This document shows, one piece after another, positions 12,275 to 25,565 of a DNA stretch of 64,000 nucleotides. The stretch is from Callorhinchus milii (Eukaryota): the NCBI RefSeq assembly GCF_018977255.1, contig NW_024704742.1, positions 130,326,001-130,390,000 on the forward strand, read 5' to 3'. The position numbers and the translations under genes are program-made. Numbering within the stretch: the first letter of the stretch is position 1; each line of letters starts with the position of its first letter. Under the pieces are notes generated by a model that ran no database searches, had not been told where the DNA came from, and saw only the letters and a list, made by a program, of their open reading frames with translations.

Positions 12275-12700
12275 TTAGTCTGCCTCAGTTGATTGCACTC
12301 TTGCCGCTGAGTGAAAACATTGTGGCTTCTCGCCCCCACGCTGGGACTTTTAACTCAATCTGGGCTGACACTCCAACACAGTGCTGTGGGGAGGAGGGCG
12401 CTGCATTGTCAGAGACGTTAAACCGAGGTCCTGCCTGCTCAGATGGATGTTAAAGATCCCATGGAACTGCATGAAAAAACAAGGAAGCTTCTCTTGGTGT
12501 CCTGACCAACAGTCCCCCAAATAAAATTAGTCACTTACTACATGGCTGTTTGTGGGACATCGCAGTGCACAAATTGGCAGCTATAACAAATTCCCCCACA
12601 CAGTCACTACACTTTACAATATGTATACTGTGAAAAGCTTTGAGACAGCCTCCCAACATGAAAGGGCTTACATCAAATGCAACAATTATTATTGTTGTTG
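12275..12700 (+). mobile_element. Family B SINE
   Basis: Same ordered motifs as 6368-6780. Confidence 0.8.
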
Positions 12701-13574
12701 AGTCATTGAACAAAATAAACTTACAATAACTCCAGTCCAAGACAAACAAACTGAATGTTCCCACAGGGCAGCGTTCAACATAAAGTACCACACCCCATAG
12801 CTCTAGGATATATTGCAGCACGAGGAAAAGTTACTCTTCTCTCTGTGAAGGCTGTTGTTGCTCTGTGAATTTTTAACATGTCTGGTAAAATTAACAAGAA
12901 ACAGATTGAAGTAATATGGAGAGATTTCCTGTTTTTGAGCTATAAATCTCTCTGCCATACATTTGACATCATTTTTGCTCTTTTTCACAGACCTGAGTTA
13001 TTCAAATGTGTTTTTACAAGGAGACTTTACCTTTCAGTTTGGCATCTGTTCATTCTGTGTGCAGGCCACAGTTTGCAGCAAGGATCTACAGCCCAAACTT
13101 TGGGCTCTGCTGTGTTTTCCCCTCTTTCTACGCCCTCCCCCCCGCACCACCCTTTTAGTCGCTGCATAGTTTCATTTGAAAGTTAAAAAAAACACATGGA
13201 AGCTGCCCGTCTAATTGAAAACAAAAGGCGCGGAGGGTGGTAAGTAGTCCCAAAGAAGCCTTCTCAGAATCACACTGGCTTTCCCTGCAACAAATTACTG
13301 AGCACAAGGCAAGCTATTGAAACGATTAAATCCGCATCACTCCATAAAGGCCCAAATTAACGTGTCTCGCCCACCGTGTGTTGACGATATCTGGACTTTA
13401 GCCCATTGGCCCCAGACCACAATTTTTCCTTTGTCAGCCAACGATTCTGGAATGACGATGGGAAGGCGATTATGTCTGGAATCCCCTCTGCTCCCCTCTC
13501 AAGTCACACTTTCCAACAAAAGGGATCTTAATTGAGGAGGTGCCCACATTTCGAAGGCCCAAACTTTCCCATGT

Positions 13575-13695
13575 TCTCATTGTTGTCTTAAAATCTTTGC
13601 GTAGGAGAGGAGGAATTTTGGAAACTTCTAAAATTCAGTCTCAACTTGGAAGCTTTTTGGGTAAGGCGGAAAATAGACTTCCAAATTAAGAATCC
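13575..13695. mobile_element. Palindromic MITE-like family, partial copy
   Basis: ttgtcttaaaat...aaaattcagtctcaacttggaagc...cttccaaattaagaat; homologous to 25566-25741. Confidence 0.6.
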
Positions 13696-13756
13696 CCCAC
13701 ACCCCCACACCACCCCAATGATGCTCCCACTGAAAAATATAAAGCTTCAAGTAGAT

Positions 13757-13900
13757 TTACTTGAAAAGAAAACAATTTGCAAGGCTGTGGGGAAATAGCA
13801 GGGGAATGTGACGAGTTGGTAGCTCTTTCAAGGAGCCAGCCCAGACACGAAGGGCCGAATGGTCTCCTTCTGTGCTGTAGGATTCTATGATGCTATGATT
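13757..13900 (+). mobile_element. CR1 LINE 3' UTR and tail
   Basis: agacacgaagggccgaatggtctccttctgtgctgtaggattctatgatgctatgatt. Confidence 0.8.
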
Positions 13901-15754
13901 CAGAAGACTTTCAATCTTATCCTCAATAGTCTCTTCTCCAATATAAACATTCCCAGCTTCAGAGTTCATATCCCCAATCCCGGAGAATAATTTAGTCATC
14001 TTTGTATCTTGTCCAGTACTTTGGCTGCGATTATTGTGGGCTTCTGGGACTATCCATTAATAACACATAGATGTGAATCCCTTTAATGTACAATTGTTTC
14101 TCAGAAATGCAAAAAGTTTTCACAAAAAAAGTAACAAATCTCTAATGCTCTATCATTGCCAGTATCACTGATAGGACAACACTGTAATAAAAAATAACTA
14201 ATTTTCATACTTGCGTTTGATATAGTGCCTTTCATATCAGGAGGACATCTCAATGCGCTTCACAGGATACACTGTAAAGTGTAGTGACTGTGTATTTCAT
14301 AGCAGTAAACTTGCACACAGCAATTTCCCACAAACAGCCACAAAGTGAATGTCCAGTAAGAGAGAACGCAAGAACTCACACTTAATACTATTTGAGGTGT
14401 TGAAAAGTCCCAAAGTGCTTTACAGTAATTACTGTCAACAACAGGGAATGTGGGAAAACATAGCAGTCATTTTGTGCACAGCAAGATCCCACACAGAGCC
14501 AGAAAGCAAATTTTTAATTTTATTGTTGGCAAGGAAAACAAGAGAAACTCCCTTTGCTTTTCGTAGAATATCAAGGGATCTTTAGCATCCACCTGAAGAA
14601 CACATACAGGCAGTTTAATAGTGTCATGTCTCATCTGTTGAACAGCACCTCTGACAATGCAGTGTTCTTTTGGTAAGGCACTGGACTGCCAGCCTGAGCC
14701 ATGAGCTCAACTCTCACTGTGGGGTTTGAACCCCCGGCAACCTCGGTAATGAATCTTGCATCTAAATAATTACAGGTGAATTGTGGAAGGCAGAAATTAA
14801 ACATGGAACCAGCAAATGCTGGAAATGCAGACGTACCCAAAACGTTAAATTAACTTTCCCTTTCAAGTGCTTTAGACATTGTCTTTTATTTAACTGCATT
14901 CCTCACGGGTGTCTCCAATTCCAATCAGTACAGCGCTTGAGGTTATATAATAATCCTCGCATTTTATATAGCGTCTTATCACTTCTCTGAGACGTCTCAA
15001 AGCACTTCACAGAATATGCTGTCAAGTGTAGGGACTGTGTATTTTGTGGGTAAAAGTAACCTGCGCACAGATTACCACAGGACCAGGTTTGGGGTTAACA
15101 TTTTGTCCATTTTGCTGCCTTTTGCCTGCACTTGAAGATACTGTGTTGCTCTGCGCTGGACTTTCCTGACCAGCGAGAGCGTAACACAGTTGTAACTGTT
15201 CCAAAAACACATCCAGGTAAGCTGACACCTGTTTGATTGTTTTTGGGGGGAAGTGGGGGGGAAGTGGGGGGGGGGGGGGGAGTGGGAGAGAGAAATGAAA
15301 GTGGATGATATGATGGAGGAGGCGAGTAAACGAGGTCCAAACTTTCTTTTTTAATTTAAAAAAACGTTAGCAAAGATAAATCGTTCAGCGCTGGAAAAGT
15401 ACCGACCGATAAGCGTTACGATACGTGAGAGCAACTCCGATCGAAAAAAAACAAGCAAATCCCTCCTGGATGTCTGCAGGAAAGCAAAGGGAACGTTTAC
15501 AAACAGAAGGGGTGGCCTGCGATTGTGAAAGGGGGGGCGGGAGAGTAAAGAGAATGGGACTGCACAAAACAGAAGCTCGTAAAATACCCATCGCTCTCTT
15601 GCACCCACCGCTGATACAAAGGCTGAGGGCTCACGGCTGCTAAACTAATTCAAACAAGCCATCATAAAACACAATGGGAACAATCCACGCCTCCAACCGT
15701 GCACATGTCAGGAACAAAAGGACTGATATTCATACATGTTCTCATTCAGCGCCG

Positions 15755-15768
15755 GTTTCCGTGGCAAC
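15755..15768. promoter_or_regulatory. RFX X-box motif
   Basis: GTTTCC-GT-GGCAAC fits the palindromic X-box pattern; it lies in repeat-free, CpG-retaining sequence. Confidence 0.5.
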
Positions 15769-17414
15769 CGAGAGCTACATGATGCCCCGAGCTGAATTTT
15801 AAAACCTGTTGAGCCTCTTGGAGTTAGAGCCACACACATGCTGGGCCGACAGACACTAAAAATACTTGAATAGCAGATGAGATAGGATTCCTGCTGTTGA
15901 GAAGCGCAACTGGTTGCTAAATATATACCAGGGAGAGTTTAGGGAACAACGATGAGATGCCATTCTGATCTCTCAAGGAAACATTATTTTGCCGATTGAA
16001 AATCACTTCATCAACTGGGTCGGTTTCTAGTGATTGCACTTATGATTTACTTTGTTCAAGAGCCACCTCTGACTATGCTCCAGGGGTAGGGGGGAGGGAA
16101 GCAGGGTCTCCTTGGCTCCAAGGTGACATGTTTGGCAGTGGAATGTCGGACTCGAGCCAAGCCTCTGTGGTGGTCTCGGCAGTCTGGTTCCTGAGTCAGG
16201 TGGGTCTGCAGTACTCCAGGGCGATGCTGGTGACAGCATAGCCAGCCTGGCTCACCAGCAGGACTTGGAAGGGCAGACCAGTCACTCGGCTCCCACCCTT
16301 AGCTCAGGTGCCAGCTGTACTGCTGCACGGGTAAAAGCTTCCTCTCAACGTGAAATGGCCTGGATAAATATTAATTTATTGTAAAGATGATTCATTTTTT
16401 GTGTGCACTCCTCTAAGAGGCCTGAAAACTGCTCACCTCACTGTTGCCTACAAACAACATTCACTGCACCTCAAAGCCATTCTTTTCACTGTCAGATGTT
16501 TAGATGCGATAAGGCCACCGAGATTTATTACTTTATTCCCCGTCGTCTCGCGTCAAGTCTTTTCCGGGCGAATGGGTTAAATCAAGATGCAATCAACCAA
16601 AGTGGACATTAAGGGATCTATTGCATCTAGTTCAAAGAATAGTGAAGAGTTATCCTGATGATTAGCACCACATCTACACGCCCTTCAGTCTATCCAAATT
16701 CACTCCCAATATATCTCACTAAATTGCCTATTCACTGAAGCTACTCACCTCGAGTCATAATAGTCTATCAAGGCTGAACATGAAAAAAGCTTGCCTTCTG
16801 TTACCTGTTTGTAATGAGATTTTCCATAATACCTGACAAGGTTATTCATTGCAGTTAAGAAGGGTGTGAGGCATTCATTGTTCAGTCATCAAGGTGGCAA
16901 TCCATTCGCAAAACCAGTTATTAAACTAATGGTTTCTATTCTGTCTTCAGATGATATTTTTGTTTACATTTCGATTAAAGCTAGAATTAGTCGCTTAACA
17001 CATTTCACATTTTGGCTAAGGTGGGTATTACTTATTACGCTATCAAACCAGCTCAGAAAATACCAAGTACTGTTTGATACTCTGATATACTCAACAGACA
17101 GGAGAAAACAACAGTTTCTGATGTCAGTCAGTACCACAGTGCATTTAGACAGACTCTAATGTATTGGTTTCTGACACCCCCTGCAGCACTGTTCTCAGAC
17201 AATGGAAGGGGGAGAGAAGGGAGAGTTCCCTTCCCCTTCTCCCCCAGGGTAGAGATTGCAGCCTCATGACAGAAACTCTGCTCCTGTGAGTTCTCAGCTG
17301 CTAAAACTGGAGACTACTAAACATGGCGAAAATGTGTCCCCATGTGTGTCTCAAAGTTCCGGCTGATTTCAAAGCAAACTTGAGTGGCCAAACTTCGTCC
17401 TTAGTCTAGGTTTA

Positions 17415-17774
17415 ATAATAATAACAATCCTTGCATTTGATATAGCGCCTTATCATGTCGTTGAGACGTCTCAAAGCGCTTCACCGAATATATCGTAAAG
17501 TGAATTGACTATATATTTTGTGGCCGAAACGTAGCAGCCAATTGCACACAGCAGTGTCTTGGATTGAGTGAACAATTTTTTTTATTTGAAGGGATTACTA
17601 TCCCCAGAAGGGGATCTGGCAAATGACTAACAATCGGGTTCCTACCTACTGCTAGGTAAACAGAAGCATGTGGAGTAAGGAAACTTGCCTATGGCTTCAC
17701 CCCTGCCCAGGAATCGAACCCGGGTCCTCTCGCTTGTGAGGCAGTTGCTTTAGAAAATATGCCACAGGACTCCA
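17415..17774 (-). mobile_element. Family A SINE
   Basis: Tail through to ggaatcgaacccgggtcctctcgcttg (B box) and caggactcca. Confidence 0.9.
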
Positions 17775-18269
17775 AAATTAAGGCCGAATTTTAAGAACTT
17801 GCTAAGTTCGGGCCCCTCCGAGTCATTACATGATGAGACAATCTGGAGCCGGGTGGAATTTCTCTCCGACACTTCCAATACGTTAACATTGCTGAAAGTT
17901 GTCAGAGAATCCTGGGGCTTGTGTTTCCAGGGGGCAGCAGCTGGGAATTGGGAATGTGTGACAAAAATAGCATTTCCCACAAACTTGGAAGTATCTTGGG
18001 CTTTCACACACAGATGCAGAGAGTCCCAATATGAGAGCGGCAACCTGCATTTAGGGTCCTTTGGAGGGCCATTTGATTTTAAATTACACAGAGAGAAAAG
18101 ACATAAATCCCTCTGTTGATTCCTTAGACTTTGTTTAGCTTTGAACTGCTCCATTCCTTTCTGTATATCAATCAACATGGTTTCAAAAGGCACTCTGGAA
18201 CATTCTCCAAAATAATTGGTTATAGTGTATTTTAAAAACACACTGTTCAGGATGTCAGCCTGCCTCACT

Positions 18270-18755
18270 TATTAGCCCTCTCGACTTTCAGTGGGTTTAA
18301 ACCCCACATTGTGACTCTGAGCTCAACAACAACACTTGCAATAACTTTATGTAGCGCCACTCATGTAGGCTAGTGTCCCAGAGCACTTATCGGCTTTGGT
18401 GACAAGCAATGTTGGGAAGCACTGTATTGTCAGTGCTGACGTCTTTCGGATGAGATGTTAAAAGAAAATCTTGTCTACCTGTACAGGGAGATGTTAAAGA
18501 TTGTGTGGCACTATTCAAAAAAGAGAAGAAAGATTTTTCTGGTATCCTGGCCAGCAATCTCCCAAATAAAATGTTTGTGGAGCACTGTGTCAGAGACACC
18601 CAGCCGACCCAAAAATATTGTGGAACACTGCAGTAAGCAAATTGGCTGCTGCATTCACCCACAAAAATACAAATACTTTACAGTAAATCCTACAAACCAC
18701 TTTGAGTCATCCTCCCATGAAAGACCCGATATCAAATGTAAGGATTATTATTATA
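18270..18755 (+). mobile_element. Family B SINE interrupted by an antisense L2 tail (about 18325-18390)
   Basis: gtctttcggatgagatgttaaa...ggcactattcaaaaagagaag...ctggccagcaatctcccaaataaaa. Confidence 0.7.
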
Positions 18756-19715
18756 ATAGATAGTCAAAATGCCATAACACTTGAGAAAAAACTGTTTAAA
18801 AGTGCAACAGAACAAGTGCTGGCCTTTGCCACAGCTTGATGCTCCATTCAGTTACAATAACTAGTCAGATAGTCACGAAGAGCAGAGGGCATTGAACTAC
18901 TCTTAGCCACACTCTTTAAAGCTTGTCAAACCAAACTCTGAGCCATGAATGGACCAGATCCATTCATTGGCACAGGTACAATAGAAAAAAAAAACGCAGC
19001 CACTCGCAATGATTATTATGATAAAAAGGGGCCCACAATAATCATATTTCTTTTTCAACACACCAGTGCCCTTTTGCTCGCTCTCCCATTGTGACCTGCA
19101 AATATTTATGCACCGCTTTCTTTCCCCCCCATTATGTAGCGCAGGATATGAATAGGAGCATTTACAAACATGCTTCACAATATTGAATGAAGGTTTTGAA
19201 AAAAATGCTTTTGATATCATTTGCCAAAATCCACATCGCAGACTTCGTCCCACATCCACAAATTATGACGCATATTGTTTTAGTTGATTCTGCAAATGAG
19301 TTTGAAGCAGAATCTAGAATGGCTTTTAAAAAGATATATATATATATTTGCAGATGAAAAGACTTAGGCATGGAAGTAAACAGATATCTCTTCCAGAGAT
19401 TCAGGAAAGATAAAATGATTTGAAGAACATCCTTCTATGCTGAAAAATTCTACGGGGGTAAAATGTGCAATATTCCTCAAATTTTCCTTAAATTAGATCC
19501 ACAATAAGCTGTGTTTAGTATGTTTGGGCAGCATTTCACACCGTGCCAGTGTCGTTCTGGCTCAGTTGGTAACACCTCAACTATTCTGTTTCTGCAGGTT
19601 GCTGGGACACTGTAATTGTATTACATTGACTAAGCTACAAGAACAATGTTCTTCACAGAAATTTTCAGCACAGAAGAAACCATTTGGCCCATTGTATTCC
19701 TTTTGATGTATAACA

Positions 19716-20086
19716 ATAATACGATAATAATCCTTGCATTTGATAAAGCGCCTTTTTACTTCTTTGAGACGTCTCAAAGTTTTCACAGAATATTCAAATT
19801 TAAGTGAATTGATTGTATATTTTATGGGCTAAAAGCAAGAGCCAATTGCGCACAGACAGCAGCGTCCCATAAACAGTTGTAGATTGAGTGACCAAATTTA
19901 TTTATTACTTTTTTTAAGGGATTATTACCCCCGGAAAAGTGATCCGCCAATCGACTAACAACTAAGTTTCTATCTTGCTGCTAGGTAAACAGAGGCATGT
20001 GGAGTAAGGAAACCTGTCCAACGTTTCGCCCTGCCAGGAATTAATCACAGGTCCTCTCGCTAGTGTTATAACCACTGAGTTACTCC
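19716..20086 (-). mobile_element. Family A SINE
   Basis: Matches the family pattern along its length. Confidence 0.9.
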
Positions 20087-21066
20087 ACAGTATGTGGCCC
20101 GAGTAACTTTATATAACTTGCAGCAACAGACATTCCTCTTACTTTGGGACTAGTTGTGTTGTTCTGCATCAACAGTGACTGCGGCTAAAGCAAAGCCATT
20201 GTATAACATAACCACTGGCAGCCATTCAATGAGTAGCTGATCAATAGATTATCCAAAACCAACAGATTTCTTTCATTGCTTAGAAAAAACACTGGAACGC
20301 ATAATCCTACAAGTTGCACAGCCTTAGAGGATGTTTATCTGAAGACTTATATGTATATCTTGGTCTGAAGCCTACAATTCAGAAAAAAANGTACTGTAAA
20401 GAATTTCCGGCTATAAAAAAAATTTCAGGCAGAACGGCAGCTGTAGAAGCAGAAAGTACAGAAAAATAAATTGAATTTAGGTCCCACTGAGGGATTCAAA
20501 GGCTCACTTACAGGTAATTGCGGGAAGACTAAAACGATTTAACATTGTCCAATACTGAGATATTGGCAGCCATGTTTGCCTACAAAATGCAGTCATTGGA
20601 CCTCACAGTAGTGTATATCCCGTGAAGCACACTGAGACACCCACCCAATGTGAATGGCACTATATCAAATTTAAGGATTAAATAGGGAGGAGTGGGAGTC
20701 ATTGGAGATTCTGGTTTCTATTCATTTTTTAAAATTCTTTGGTTGTAGAAGTTCTTCAAGAGTTTGGTAAGCAGATGTACCACCTATGATGGTATTGAAC
20801 CCCATAGATCTGAATTGGTGGTAAAGGAACAGACTACAGTTGGGTTCAGTGCCCTGGCTAGCAATGTTCTTGATCACTGTGGTGATCCCCCCCCACGCCA
20901 GAAAGCATGTGTCGGTATTGGTGCCAGATGTACGTACATGTGGCTTCGATGGCTGACAAACACTCATGAAACTTGAAGTCCACTCACACATGAAACAGGT
21001 GACTTGGGGAAGGTATTGAAGAGCTTTGATTGCTTACATATGTACCTTACCGAACTATGTGGTTTT

Positions 21067-21508
21067 ACAACAACAACAACTTGCACATATATAATGCCCT
21101 TCACGCAGGGTAGGGTTTCAGAGCGCTTAACAGTGGCGGAGTCTGACTCCGAGCTGTGGGGGGGATCACGGTCGAAGAGGAAGAGGAAGGTTTTCAGGTG
21201 GGACTTGAAAAAGGCGAGAGAGAGGGCAAGGCAGAGGGAATTGAAGGAGAGTGTTCCAGAGCTTTGGGGCATGGTGGCTGAAAGCGCGACCTCTGATGTT
21301 GGAGCAGAGGGTGTGAGGGACGAGCAGGAGGCCGGTGCCAGTCGAGTGGAAGCACCAGGTGATGGATTGGGGAATGAGGAGGTTGGAAAGGTAGGGAGAT
21401 GCCAGAAAGTGAATGGATTTGAACACGAGTGTGAGGATCTTAAAGTCGATCCGTTCGGTGATGGGGAGCCAGTGGAGTCTGGCCAGAACTGGTGAGATGT
21501 GGGTACCG
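21067..21508 (-). mobile_element. L2 LINE ORF2 C-terminus plus 3' tail
   Basis: Translation HISPVLARLHWLPITERIDFKILTLVFKSIH...PYLSNLL...RGRAFSHHAPKLWNTL, a classic L2 C-terminus; ends in TTG repeats. Confidence 0.92.
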
Positions 21509-21509
21509 A

Positions 21510-21778
21510 GTTTGGTGAAACACAGCAGCCAATTGCGCACAGTAGTGTCCCACAAACAGACGTAGATTGAGTGACCAAATTATTATTATTTTTTAAAGGA
21601 ATTATTACCCCAGAAAAGCGATCTGTCAATCGACTAACAACCAGGTTCCTATTTACTGCTAGGTAAACAGAGGCGTGTGGAGTAAGGAAACTTGCCCAAC
21701 ATTTCACCCTGCCAGGAATCGAACCCAGGTCTCTCGCTTGCTAGACGAGGGCTCTAACCACTGAGCTACAGGACTCCA
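21510..21778 (-). mobile_element. Family A SINE 5' part, fused in sense to the L2 fragment
   Basis: Head gagctacaggactcca at about 21763-21778; the body runs to ggtgaaacacagcagccaattgcgc and then L2 begins directly. Confidence 0.9.
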
Positions 21779-21911
21779 CGAGAGTCAAAAATAACTCTGA
21801 ACAGGGCTCGTCGAAGTTCGGATTTGCATTTCGTATTTAGCAGCTCGATGTACCTGGTTAACCCCATACTTATAAACAGTGAGAAAGCATGGGGCATGGA
21901 CTGCAGTTTAA

Positions 21912-22273
21912 TTATAACAATAATCCTTGCATTTGATATAGCTCCTTATCATATCGTTGAGACGTCTCAAAGCGCTTCACAGAATATACTGTAAAGTGAA
22001 TTCACTGTATATTTTGTGGCCAATTATCCACAAAAAACAGCTGTGGATTGAGTGACCAAATTATTATTATTTTATTCACTGATTTTTTTTGAAGGGATTA
22101 TTACACCCAGAAATTGATCCACTAATCGACTAACAACCAGGTTCCTTCTTACTGCTAGGTAATCAGGAGTGTGGAGTAAGGAAACTTGCGTAAGGTTTCG
22201 CCCTGCCCTGGAATCGAACCCAAGTCCTCTCGCTTGTGAGGCGAGTGCTCTAAACTCTACGCTTCAGGACTCC
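21912..22273 (-). mobile_element. Family A SINE, full length
   Basis: Matches the family pattern. Confidence 0.9.
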
Positions 22274-23526
22274 CATGGAGTCAACTGAGGTAGAAAATTA
22301 ACGGAAATTCAGAACAGGTGGTAATGTACTGAAGAATGTGCAGGAGCGTAAACTGGTGTGCATGTTTATGTGACTGTGAGATTGTCATTTGATTGTTGCA
22401 ACAGGCCAAGAAGATGAACAGGAACTCTAAAACCCTAGTAATACAGACATCTAGTGGTTGTCTGTAATGGCTCTGTTCGGTTCTCGTTCGCGCTGTCAAG
22501 TGCAGTGTTCAGTTTGGTGGGTTCAGGCTGGTTAGGATTTCTATTTTCTATTTTTTTTAAAAGTAAATCCTTCTGTTGTCCTGTGAACAATCCCTGTAAC
22601 TGGATCCGTCATTTGCAGGAACCACAATGCAGAGTTACACGCGTTGGATTAACACTAATTGGTGATGATTAGCAAGAAAGTGTTCAGGGCTGCAAACATG
22701 GGTCCACAGGGAACGGCTCCAAATATCCTCCCAGCTACGTGAGATTTCACAGGCTTTTCAATCTACTCAAGTGAGAAGGTGACAGGGACATCCCATCACA
22801 AAGCAATGGTACTCCAGGGAGGATGAGGCTGCCAAGTCTGCTGTCAATTGTTTCTGTACTGCAGCGTGGGAAGAAATGGCACTGTGAGCAGCTCAGTCTT
22901 GTGTCACATACCATGCTGCAAGTCTTCAGCCTATTTCTGGACACAGCAAGATACGGTAAATCAATTATGTTGCTTGTATCTTAGGAGATTGTCTCCTGCT
23001 GCAGATCTGTCTCTGGAAGCAAATTCTCATGAAAAAAATCAGGCGCCATATTTATGAAATTCCTTTTTCGGAGGCTTCCTTGTTGCCTTCGCGCAGAATA
23101 GAGCTGACCTGATAATGAAAAGGTTTGGGGATCGGACCTAGTCTCACCTGATGACCCTTCGCAGATTTGCCATCGGAGGTCAGGCCATCAGTCTTCCTGC
23201 CCCCATCGTTTGGAACTCCATGCCACAGTCTCTTCGCCTCATCCCAGTGATTCCTGGTAATATCCTCGTAAATCTGCACTCGTGCCAATGCTACAATATC
23301 CTTCTTGTGGCACAAAATAATCAGTTTTATTTTTGCGCTCTCCACTACTCAAATAACAGAACGAGGGAAAAAGTCATCTCCAGCAGCATATTCAGGGGCA
23401 TTCCCAGCCTCCCACTACTGATCAATCGGCGATTGCACAAAATAAACATCCTGCGATGTTTCCCACGCTCAAGGGGGTCCAGAGTGACATCACATACATG
23501 TGCATAAATGTCATTTCACCGTTACA

Positions 23527-23835
23527 ATAGCGATAATCGTTGCATTTAATTAGCTCCTTATCACATCTTCAATGCGTCTCAAAGTGCTTCACAGGATATA
23601 CTGTAAAGTGACCTGACTGAATATTTTGCACACAGCAGTATCCCAACAGTCATGGATTGAGTGACTAAATTTTTATGTTTTGGGGAGGGATTATCACCTG
23701 CAGCGAAGCGATCTGCAAATCGACTAACAACCAGATTCCTGCTCACTGCTAGGTAAACAGAGGCAATGTGGAGTAAGCAAACTTGCCTAATGTTTCACCC
23801 CGTGAGAACTCTAAGCAATATACCACAGGATTCCA
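23527..23835 (-). mobile_element. Family A SINE with internal deletions
   Basis: Matches the family pattern. Confidence 0.8.
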
Positions 23836-25565
23836 CAAATGTGGAGGCAACATGAAAGCAGTAGAAGTTCAAACCACAGTGTTGCCTCCAGTTGGACGCT
23901 CTATTTCTCGTACCCAGAAGCGCAATATAAAACAACACAGGAAAACGTCAAAGCAGCAATTACTCATCCTTCTCATTCATTTACAAAGATCATTGAATCA
24001 TGTCTCAAAACCTGTCAATGTAGATTCCCTCTTCACCGATTCTTTGACAGACTCACAGGCAAAACATCTCAAAATCTGAAGTTTATTACAGTGCCTGTGT
24101 GCTCCAATAGCTTTTGGGAAATTTCTCTACTGGACGATGATGAACTAGACAGCACTGTCCTTCCTGTAGGAGATAGTTGCACACAACAATGCGACATTTC
24201 CACAATTACAGTGACACAAAGTGACATTCAACCAAGGGTACAAGTTGTGTTTCTTGTGCGAGTGTGTGGTTCTCGGTTTAATCTGCTTCTAGTGACAGAC
24301 TTGCCTCTCTCTGTGACAAAGTCTAAACACTGACACAAAAAGCAGTCCATCAAACACTAAGCAAGGTATTAAAATAGAAAAAAACTGTACTTTATAGCAT
24401 TTAAAATCACATTGAAACACCTTCAAAGCCCTTCATAGATTTTATTGTATTGACACGGGGAAAGAATTCCCTCAGTCACTCAGATACATAATAATTCTTG
24501 CATTTGTTATAGTACCTTACTATGTTGCTGAAATGTCTCAAAGCGCTTCATAGGATTTACTTTAGAATCTAGTGATTATACAGTATTTGTGAGCGAATGC
24601 GGCAGTTAATTTGCATGCAATAATGTCCCCCAAAACACCATCCGCTCTGGTACCGTACCTGTATTATCTGCATACAATAGTTCATAATTATATTATAGGA
24701 TAATCCTTGCATTTAAGTAATCCTTACAGTTGACACATTATCTTCATGTTGGGGAGATATCTCAAAGTGCTGCACAGGATTTATGGTGAGTTTGCATATT
24801 TTGTACGAACAGAATGGAGAAGTTGACATAAGGTGCAGCAAACATACACTGCAAGCTGTCCACACTGCAGTAGGTGAATAGGACACATTCCCTTTACCTT
24901 CTCACAAATCTATCATTTCTGTGAAAAGTCATTCTGCAAACGTGGAGAGGTCATCAAGGGATGCAGCCAGCAAGGTGTATATTGCCAACTCTTTCGCTCA
25001 AAAATATACAGTCAATCCACTATACAATATATTCTGTGAAGGGCCTTGAGATGTCTCAATGACGTGATAAGGCGCTATATCAAGTGCAAGAATTATTATT
25101 ATTATTATTATTAACTCTGCTTCTTTCAAAGTTCATTAATTTTCATTGTACACTACGCCTGCCATTCTTTTGAAGGAGTTTTAGTTGAATACATCTACTT
25201 AGACTCAAGCAAAGGCTCTCAATTGCAATAGACAAACACTTCCCACTACCAGTCAATCCTGCATTCTCTACCTCTGTTGCCGATGAGGATAGAGAGTCCT
25301 TTACCTCATTGGAGCACAACACACAGCGGGGTTGGCATTCTAAGAGCATTAGCTGAATGGCTCCTTACACACACCTGCATTGTGAAACAGTCGCACAATG
25401 ACACTGGCTCTGCTCTCTACATGCTGAGGCCACAATGGCCTCATCATAAACAGGCAGCACTGAAAGAATTACACACTGACTATGATGACAAACCTGAAGC
25501 TGAACAAAGACTAGGCTTCTCAGTACGAGAAACTCAGATGACTATGGAGCTCTTTGAACATTGTA

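Noticed and set aside
17750..18268. 172-aa minus-strand ORF as a PDZD2 exon
   Set aside because: No PDZ-family similarity; it overlaps a SINE end and has no convincing splice sites.
20390..20390. Single N after an A-run
   Set aside because: Assembly ambiguity, not biology; contiguity here is slightly uncertain.
20964..21707. Longest ORF (247 aa) as a gene
   Set aside because: It runs through a SINE and an off-frame reading of L2; the real homology is the L2 frame within 21166-21555.
23881..23897. CTCF-like motif
   Set aside because: About three mismatches to the core consensus; expected by chance.
23839..24333. 164-aa plus-strand ORF
   Set aside because: Non-ATG start, no recognisable domain, antisense to the host gene.
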